A DNA stretch of 64,000 nt from assembly GCF_009914755.1 (NCBI RefSeq), contig NC_060945.1; one strand, 5' to 3'. The DNA comes from the human T2T-CHM13v2.0 reference genome, Homo sapiens. A program made the translations under genes and the position numbers. The notes beneath the pieces are model-generated. The model was not told where the DNA came from. It worked only from the letters and a program-made list of their open reading frames with translations, and ran no database searches. Below are positions 52,901 through 64,000 of the stretch, in pieces; within the stretch, counting starts at the first letter, position 1; every line of letters begins with the position of its first letter.

Positions 52901-55900
52901 CTCCTGACAGATAGGCTGCGTCCCCTTTAAATATCGCCACCGCCGCGCGGCGGCCGCGGTGCTCCTGCTGCCGCCCCGGCGTCGGCTGTGTCCTGGGTCC
53001 TGTTTGGGGCGGCGTGGGAGCGCGGGCCGCGGGTGTCTCGTCGTGTCACAGGCCCAAACCCCCAAGGCTCCTGTCCTCAGGACCTGCTTGAGCCGATTTC
53101 CAGCGAGGGAGGGGGAGCTTCAGGACGCCTGCTGTGTGCTCCGGACTCCCGTTGAGATCCCATTCTGGCCCCCTCCGAGTGACATAGGATGGGCTCACCA
53201 CATCTGTTCAGGCCGGCAGGGCCTCGCTGCAGCACACAATGACCCCATAGTTCTCAAGGCCTAGTGTCAGAGAAAATTCACCGATCCATCAGCCCTCTGC
53301 CTCCCTCCTCCTTTGAAAGAGCAGTGGCCTGCCCCGCTTGTAAAAGCCCACGGGTTCCGGAAAGCCAAACGCGCATTACAGGACAACTGCAAAGACGAAC
53401 AGAGGCGAAACCCAGGGGAAGACCATGTGACCACGCGTGGCACTGGTCAATCCCACAGCAGTTGGTGTTAATGTGTGTCACCGGAGGCATACGGGGCGAC
53501 GGCGAAACGAAGGGTGGGGTCCAGGCATATGCCGGTGGAAGGGGGAAACGGGTGACATTTCCGTCAACGCCAAGGAAAAACAAACAACACCTGGGAACCG
53601 TGGGGTAGGGGGGCCTCCTGTGCCTGACCCAAGCCACGTTTTCAAATGCCTACCAGAGGAGCAAAGAGGTTTCTGCCAATTTCGCAACACCCCCAATCCT
53701 CCACCGACCTGGTAGCCCTGACGCAACTTCGGCTGGTACAAACCCACAGAGAGTGGGAAAGAAACACACAGAGAGTGAGAGACAGAGAGAGAAGAGAGAA
53801 TGGGAGACACACACACAGACACACACACACACACACGCAGAGTCATACAGCACAGTCATTGAAACACACACCCCCAGGCAACCCCTGAGGCTCCGGGGTT
53901 CTGCTCTGGAGGAGAACGACCCTCGGGTGAGAGAGCAGCCCAGGGGCACGCAGGCCGACCCGTCCTCGACATCACGGACAGCGGCGCGACTTTTGGCGAG
54001 ACTCACCCCAACAAACACCGTCCGTGCAGGCCTGAGGCTAGGATCCCGGGCTGCTTCCCCGGTCTCCACCTGGGGTTTCATCTTCATAGTCGGCCCTTTG
54101 CGACTGCTGGCATCAGGAGAGTTTCCCTTCGAGCCCGTGGAGAGGTGAGACCGGAGCCTCAGAGCCTCGATACCCAAGCTCTGCCACGGAGAGCTCCTGC
54201 TCTGCAAAGCCTCGGGGACTGGTTTCTAAGACAACCGTGGGAACCACTGTGACCGGAGAAACCGCTGGGGCCTCGCGCATGCGCATTGGCTGAGCCGACT
54301 CATGCTCCTCCCCTCCTGACAGATAGGCTGCGTCCCCTTTAAATATCGCCACCGCCGCGCGGCGGCCGCGATGCTCCTGCTGCCGCCGCGGCGGCGACTG
54401 TGTCCTGGGTCCTGTTTGGGGCGGCATGGGAGAGGGGACCGCGGGTGTCTCGTCCTGTCCCAGGCCCAAACCCCCAGGGCTCCTGTCCTCAGGACCTGCT
54501 TGAGCCGACTTCCACCAAGGGAGGGGGAGCTTCAGGACGCCTGCTGTGTTCTCTGGACTCCCGTTGAGATCCCATTCTGGCCCCCTCGGAGTGACATAGG
54601 ATGGGCTCACCACATGTGGTCAGGCCGGCAGGGCCTCGCTGCACCACACAATGACCCCAGAGGTCTCAAGGCCTAGTGTCAGAGCAAATTCACTCATCCA
54701 TCAGCCCTCTGCCTCCCTCCTCCTTTGAAAGTGCAGTGGCCTGCCGCGCTTGTAAAAGCCCAGTCGTTCCGGAAAGCCGAACACGCTTTACAGGACAACT
54801 GCAAAGAGGAAAAGAGGCGAAACCCAGGGGGAGACCATGTGACCACGCGTGGCACTGGGTAATCCCACAGCAGTTGGTGTTAATGTGTGTCACCGGAGGC
54901 ATACGGGGCGACGGCGAAACGAAGGGTGGGGTCCAGGCATGTGCCGGTGGAAGGGGGAAACGGGTGACATTTCCGTCAGTGCCAAGGAAAATCAAACCAC
55001 ACCTGGGAACCGGGAGGTGGGGGTGCCGACTGTGCCTGACGCAAGCCACGTTTTCAAATGCCTACCAGAGGAGCAAAGAGGTTTCTGCCAATTTCGCAAC
55101 ACCCCCAATCCTCCACCGACCTCGTAGCCCTGAAGCAACTTCGGCTGGCACAAACCCACAAAGAGTTGGAAAGAAACACACAGAGACTGAGAAACAGAGG
55201 GAGAAGAGAGAATGGGAGACAAACACACAGACACACACACACACACGCAGAGTCATACAGCAGAGGCATTGAAACACACACCCCCAGGCAACCCCTGAGG
55301 ATCCGGGGTTCTGCTCTGGAGGAGAACGACCCTCGGGTGAGAGAGCGGCCCAGGAGCACGCAGGCCGACCAGTCCTCGAGATCACTGACCGCGGCGCGAC
55401 TTTTGGCGAGACTCACCCCAACCAACACCGTCCGTGCAGGCCTGAGGCTGGGATCCCGTGCTGCTTCCCCCGTCTCCACCTGGGGTTTCATCTTCATAGT
55501 CGGCCCTTTGCGACTGCTGGCATCAGGAGAGTTTCCCTTCGAGCCCGTGGAGAGGTGAGACCGGAGCCTCAGAGCCTCGATATCCAAGCACTGCCACGGA
55601 GGGCTCCTGCTCTGCAAAGCCTCGGGGACTGGTTTCTAAGACAAACGTGGGAACCACTGTGACCGGAGAAACCGCTGGGGCCTCACGCATGCGCATTGGC
55701 TGAGCCGACTCACGCTCCACTCCTGACAGATAGGCTGCGTCCCCTTTAAATATCGCCACCGCCGCGCGGCGGCCGCGGTGCTCCTGCTGCCGCCCCGGCG
55801 TCGGCTGTGTCCTGGGTCCTGTTTGGGGCGGCGTGGGAGCGCGGGCCGCGGGTGTCTCGTCGTGTCACAGGCCCAAACCCCCAAGGCTCCTGTCCTCAGG

Positions 55901-56471
55901 ACCTGCTTGAGCCGATTTCCAGCGAGGGAGGGGGAGCTTCAGGACGCCTGCTGTGTGCTCCGGACTCCCGTTGAGATCCCATTCTGGCCCCCTCCGAGTG
56001 ACATAGGATGGGCTCACCACATCTGTTCAGGCCGGCAGGGCCTCGCTGCAGCACACAATGACCCCATAGTTCTCAAGGCCTAGTGTCAGAGAAAATTCAC
56101 CGATCCATCAGCCCTCTGCCTCCCTCCTCCTTTGAAAGAGCAGTGGCCTGCCCCGCTTGTAAAAGCCCACGGGTTCCGGAAAGCCAAACGCGCATTACAG
56201 GACAACTGCAAAGACGAACAGAGGCGAAACCCAGGGGAAGACCATGTGACCACGCGTGGCACTGGTCAATCCCACAGCAGTTGGTGTTAATGTGTGTCAC
56301 CGGAGGCATACGGGGCGACGGCGAAACGAAGGGTGGGGTCCAGGCATATGCCGGTGGAAGGGGGAAACGGGTGACATTTCCGTCAACGCCAAGGAAAAAC
56401 AAACAACACCTGGGAACCGTGGGGTAGGGGGGCCTCCTGTGCCTGACCCAAGCCACGTTTTCAAATGCCTA

Positions 56472-57044
<573 letters not shown>

Positions 57045-60000
57045 CTAAGACAACCGTGGGAACCACTGTGACGGGAGAAACCGCTGGCGCCTAGCGCATG
57101 CGCATTGGCTGAGCCGACTCACGCTCCACTCCTGACAGATAGGCTGCGTCCCCTTTAAATATCGCCACCGCCGCGCGGCGGCCGCGATGCTCCTGCTGCC
57201 GCCCCGGCAGCGCCTGTGTCTTGGGTCCTGTTTCAGGCGGCGTGGGAGAGGGGGCCACGGGTGTCTGGTCCTGTCCCAGGCCCAAACCCCCAGGGCTCCT
57301 GTCCTCAGGACCTGCTTGAGCCGACTTCCACCAAGGGAGGGGGAGCTTCAGGACGCCTGCTGTGTTCTCTGGACTCCCGTTGAGATCCCATTCTGGCCCC
57401 CTCCGAATGACATAGGATGGGCTCACCACACGTGGTCAGGCCGGCAGGGCCTCGCTGCAGCACAAAATGATCCCATAGGTCTCAAGGCCTAGTGTCAGAG
57501 CAAATTCACTCATCCATCAGCCCTCTGCCTCCCTCCTCCTTTGAAAGAGCAGTGGACTACCCCGCTTGTAAAAGCCCAGGGGTTCCGGAAAGCCGACCGT
57601 GCTTAAAAGGACAACTGCAAAGAGGAAGAGAGGCGAAATCCAGGGGGAGACCATGTGACCACGCGTGGCACTGGCCAATCCCACAGCAGTTGGTGTTAAC
57701 GTGTGACACCGGAGGCAAACGGGGCGACGGCAAAACGAAGGGTGGCGTCCATGCACGTGCCGGTGGAAGGGGGAAACGGGTGACATTTCCATCAATGCCA
57801 AGGAAAATCAAACAACACCTGGGACCCGGAGGGTGTGGGGGACCTCTGTGCCTGACCCAAGCCACGTTTTCAAATGCCTACCAGAGGAACAAAGATGTTT
57901 CTGCCAATTTCCCAACACCCCCAATCCTCCACCGACCTCGTAGCCCTGAAGCAACTTCGGCTGGCACAAACCCACAAAGAGTGGGAAAGAAACACACAGA
58001 GACTGAGAGACAGAGGGAGAAGAGAGAATGGGAGACAAACACACAGACACACACACACACACGCAGAGTCATACAGCACAGTCATTGAAACACACACCCC
58101 CAGGCAACCCCTGAGGCTCCGGGGTTCTGCTCTGGAGGAGAACGACCCTCGGGTGAGAGAGCAGCCCAGGGGCACGCAGGCCGACCCGTCCTCGAGATCA
58201 CGGACAGCGGCGCGACTTTTGGCGAGACTCACCCCAACAAACACCGTCCGTGCAGGCCTGAGGCTAGGATCCCGGGCTGCTTCCCCGGTCTCCACCTGGG
58301 GTTTCATCTTCATAGTCGGCCCTTTGCGACTGCTGGCATCAGGAGAGTTTCCCTTCGAGCCCGTGGAGAGGTGAGACCGGAGCCTCAGAGCCTCGATACC
58401 CAAGCTCTGCCACGGAGAGCTCCTGCTCTGCAAAGCCTCGGGGACTGGTTTCTAAGACAACCGTGGGAACCACTGTGACCGGAGAAACCGCTGGGGCCTC
58501 GCGCATGCGCATTGGCTGAGCCGACTCATGCTCCTCCACTCCTGACAGATAGGCTGCGTCCCCTTTAAATATCGCCACCGCCGCGCGGCGGCCGCGATGC
58601 TCCTGCTGCCGCCGCGGCGGCGACTGTGTCCTGGGTCCTGTTTGGGGCGGCATGGGAGAGGGGACCGCGGGTGTCTCGTCCTGTCCCAGGCCCAAACCCC
58701 CAGGGCTCCTGTCCTCAGGACCTGCTTGAGCCGACTTCCACCAAGGGAGGGGGAGCTTCAGGACGCCTGCTGTGTTCTCTGGACTCCCGTTGAGATCCCA
58801 TTCTGGCCCCCTCGGAGTGACATAGGATGGGCTCACCACATGTGGTCAGGCCGGCAGGGCCTCGCTGCAGCACACAATGACCCCAGAGGTCTCAAGGCCT
58901 AGTGTCAGAGCAAATTCACTCATCCATCAGCCCTCTGCCTCCCTCCTCCTTTGAAAGTGCAGTGGCCTGCCGCGCTTGTAAAAGCCCAGTCGTTCCGGAA
59001 AGCCGAACACGCTTTACAGGACAACTGCAAAGAGGAAAAGAGGCGAAACCCAGGGGGAGACCATGTGACCACGCGTGGCACTGGGTAATCCCACAGCAGT
59101 TGGTGTTAATGTGTGTCACCGGAGGCATACGGGGCGACGGCGAAACGAAGGGTGGGGTCCAGGCATGTGCCGGTGGAAGGGGGAAACGGGTGACATTTCC
59201 GTCAGTGCCAAGGAAAATCAAACCACACCTGGGAACCGGGAGGTGGGGGTGCCGACTGTGCCTGACCCAAGCCACGTTTTCAAATGCCTACCAGAGGAGC
59301 AAAGAGGTTTCTGCCAATTTCGCAACACCCCCAATCCTCCACCGACCTCGTAGCCCTGAAGCAACTTCGGCTGGCACAAACCCACAAAGAGTTGGAAAGA
59401 AACACACAGAGACTGAGAGACAGAGGGAGAAGAGAGAATGGGAGACAAACACACAGACACACACACACACACGCAGAGTCATACAGCAGAGGCATTGAAA
59501 CACACACCCCCAGGCAACCCCTGAGGATCCGGGGTTCTGCTCTGGAGGAGAACGACCCTCGGGTGAGAGAGCGGCCCAGGAGCACGCAGGCCGACCAGTC
59601 CTCGAGATCACTGACCGCGGCGCGACTTTTGGCGAGACTCACCCCAACCAACACCGTCCGTGCAGGCCTGAGGCTGGGATCCCGTGCTGCTTCCCCCGTC
59701 TCCACCTGGGGTTTCATCTTCATAGTCGGCCCTTTGCGACTGCTGGCATCAGGAGAGTTTCCCTTCGAGCCCGTGGAGAGGTGAGACCGGAGCCTCAGAG
59801 CCTCGATATCCAAGCACTGCCACGGAGGGCTCCTGCTCTGCAAAGCCTCAGGGACTGGTTTCTAAGACAAACGTGGGAACCACTGTGACCGGAGAAACCG
59901 CTGGGGCCTCACGCATGCGCATTGGCTGAGCCGACTCACGCTCCACTCCTGACAGATAGGCTGCGTCCCCTTTAAATATCGCCACCGCCGCGCGGCGGCC

Positions 60001-60697
60001 GCGGTGCTCCTGCTGCCGCCCCGGCGTCGGCTGTGTCCTGGGTCCTGTTTGGGGCGGCGTGGGAGCGCGGGCCGCGGGTGTCTCGTCGTGTCACAGGCCC
60101 AAACCCCCAAGGCTCCTGTCCTCAGGACCTGCTTGAGCCGATTTCCAGCGAGGGAGGGGGAGCTTCAGGACGCCTGCTGTGTGCTCCGGACTCCCGTTGA
60201 GATCCCATTCTGGCCCCCTCCGAGTGACATAGGATGGGCTCACCACATCTGTTCAGGCCGGCAGGGCCTCGCTGCAGCACACAATGACCCCATAGTTCTC
60301 AAGGCCTAGTGTCAGAGAAAATTCACCGATCCATCAGCCCTCTGCCTCCCTCCTCCTTTGAAAGAGCAGTGGCCTGCCCCGCTTGTAAAAGCCCACGGGT
60401 TCCGGAAAGCCAAACGCGCATTACAGGACAACTGCAAAGACGAACAGAGGCGAAACCCAGGGGAAGACCATGTGACCACGCGTGGCACTGGTCAATCCCA
60501 CAGCAGTTGGTGTTAATGTGTGTCACCGGAGGCATACGGGGCGACGGCGAAACGAAGGGTGGGGTCCAGGCATATGCCGGTGGAAGGGGGAAACGGGTGA
60601 CATTTCCGTCAACGCCAAGGAAAAACAAACAACACCTGGGAACCGTGGGGTAGGGGGGCCTCCTGTGCCTGACCCAAGCCACGTTTTCAAATGCCTA

Positions 60698-61270
<573 letters not shown>

Positions 61271-63512
61271 CTAAGACAACCGTGGGAACCACTGTGACGG
61301 GAGAAACCGCTGGCGCCTAGCGCATGCGCATTGGCTGAGCCGACTCACGCTCCACTCCTGACAGATAGGCTGCGTCCCCTTTAAATATCGCCACAGCCGC
61401 GCGGCGGCCGCGATGCTCCTGCTGCCGCCCCGGCAGCGCCTGGGTCTTGGGTCCTGTTTCAGGCGGTGTGGGAGAGGGGGCCACGGGTGTCTGGTCCTGT
61501 CCCAGGCCCAAACCCCCAGGGCTCCTGTCCTCAGCACCTGCTTGAACCGACTTCCACCAAGGGAGGGGGAGCTTCAGGACGCCTGCTGTGTTCTCTGGAC
61601 TCCCGTTGAGATCCCATTCTGGCCCCCTCCGAGTGACATAGGATGGGCTCACCACACGTGGTCAGGCCGGCAGGGCCTCGCTGCAGCACAAAATGATCCC
61701 ATACGTCTCAAGGCCTAGTGTCAGAGCAAATTCACTCATCCATCAGCCCTCTGCCTCCCTCCTCCTTTGAAAGAGCAGTGGCCTACCCGCTTGTAAAAGC
61801 CCAGGGGTTCCGGAAAGCCGACCGTGCTTAAAAGGACAACTGCAAAGAGGAAGAGAGGCGAAATCCAGGGGGAGACCATGTGACCACGCGTGGCACTGGC
61901 CAATCCCACAGCAGTTGGTGTTAACGTGTGACACCGGAGGCAAACGGGGCGACGGCGAAACGAAGGGTGGGGTCCATGCACGTGCCGGTGGAAGGGGGAA
62001 ACGGGTGACCTTTCCGTCAATGCCAAGGAAAATCAAACAACACCTGGGACCCGGAGGGTGTGGGGGACGTCTGTGCCTGACCCAAGCCACGTTTTCAAAT
62101 GCCTACCAGAGGAACAAAGATGTTTCGGCCAATTTCGCAACACCCCCAATCCTCCACCGACCTCGTAGCCCTGAAGCAACTTCGGCTGGCACAAACCCAC
62201 AAAGAGTGGGAAAGAAACACACAGAGACTGAGAGATAGAGGGAGAAGAGAGAATGGGAGACAAACACACAGACACACACACACAGACGCAGAGTCATACA
62301 GCAGAGGCATTGAAACACACACTCCCAGGCAACCCCTGAGGATCCGGGGTTCTGCTCTGGAGGAGAACGACCCTCGGGTGAGAGAGCAGCCCAGGAGCAC
62401 GCAGGCCGACCCGTCCTCGAGATCACTGACCGCGGCGCGACTTTTGGCGAGATTCACCCTAACCAACACCGTCCGTGCAGGCCTGAGGCTGGGATCCCGT
62501 GCTGCTTCCCCGGTCTCCACCTGGGGTTTCATCTTCATAGTCGGCCCTTTGTGACTGCTGGCATCAGGAGAGTTTCCCTTCGAGCCCGTGGAGAGGTGAG
62601 ACCGGAGCCTCAGAGCCTCGATACCCAAGCACTGCCACGGAGGGCTCCTGCTCTGCAAAGCCTCGGGGACCGGTTTCTAAGACTACCGTGGGAACCACTG
62701 TGACCGGAGAAACCGCTGGGGCCTCGCACATGCGCATTGGCTAAGCCGACTCACGCTCCACTCCTGACAGATAGGCTGCGTCCCCTTTAAATATTGCCAC
62801 CGCCGCGCGGCGGCCGCGATGTTCCTGCAGCAGCCGCGGTGGCGGCTGTGTCCTAGGACCTGTTTGGGGTGGCATGGGAGAGGGGACCGCGGGTGTCTCG
62901 TCCTGTCCCAGGCCCAAACCCCCAGGGCTCCTGTCCTCAGGACCTGCTTGAGCCGACTTCCACCAAGGGAGGGGGAGCTTCAGGACGCCTGCTGTGTTCT
63001 CTGGACTCCCGTTGAGATCCCATTCTGGCCCCCTCCGAGTGACATAGGATGGGCTCACCACATGTGGTCAGGCCGGCAGGGCCTCGCTGCAGCACACAAT
63101 GACCCCATAGGTCTCAAGGCCTAGTGTCAGAGCAAACTCACTCATCCATCAGCCCTCTGCCTCCCTCCTCCTTTGAAAGAGCAGTGGCCTGCCCCGCTTG
63201 TAAAAGCCCAGGGGTTCCGGAAAGCCGAACGCGCTTTACAGGACAACTGCAAAGAGGAACAGAGGCGAAACCCAGGGGGAGACCATGTGACCACGCGTGG
63301 CACTGGCCAATCCCACAGCACTTGGTGTTAATGTGTGTCACCGGAGGCATACGGGGCGACGGCGAAACGAAGGGTGGGGTCCAGGCATATGCCGGTGGAA
63401 GGGGGAAACGGGTGACATTTCCGTCAGTGCGAATGAAAATCAAACCACACCTGGGAACCGGGAGGTGGGGGTGCCGACTGTGCCTGACACAAGCCACGTT
63501 TTCAAATGCCTA

Positions 63513-63998
<486 letters not shown>

Positions 63999-64000
63999 CG

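Overview
Human (or great-ape) genomic DNA with no credible protein-coding gene. Positions 1-~13.3 kb are AT-rich intergenic or intronic sequence holding two antisense Alus with target-site duplications, old MIR/L2/MER5 relics and a G-rich ~16-bp minisatellite. From ~14,290 to the window end is a head-to-tail array of ~35 GC/CpG-rich monomers of 1,406-1,415 bp. Unit size, the per-unit NotI site and the internal (GA)n/(CA)n tract match the known SST1/NBL2 (MER22-related) macrosatellite, best known from acrocentric short arms; this is recognition, not a database result. Three things stand out. (1) The monomers fall into variant classes forming a hidden higher-order pattern (ABBCDEFG-ABCDDD-ABBCDEFG-A'B'HIJIJHIJ-D-G), including a ~12.3-kb near-identical duplication at offset 19,721 bp. 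(2) A ~1-kb segment at the array edge looks like the part of the longer ancestral SST1 monomer that is missing from the 1.4-kb units. (3) Every unit carries a Pol II promoter-like module (NRF1 palindrome, inverted CCAAT, TATA-like box). The many repeated ORFs are by-products of the GC-rich repeat. I see no evidence of a wholly new biological system; any novelty lies in the array's fine structure.
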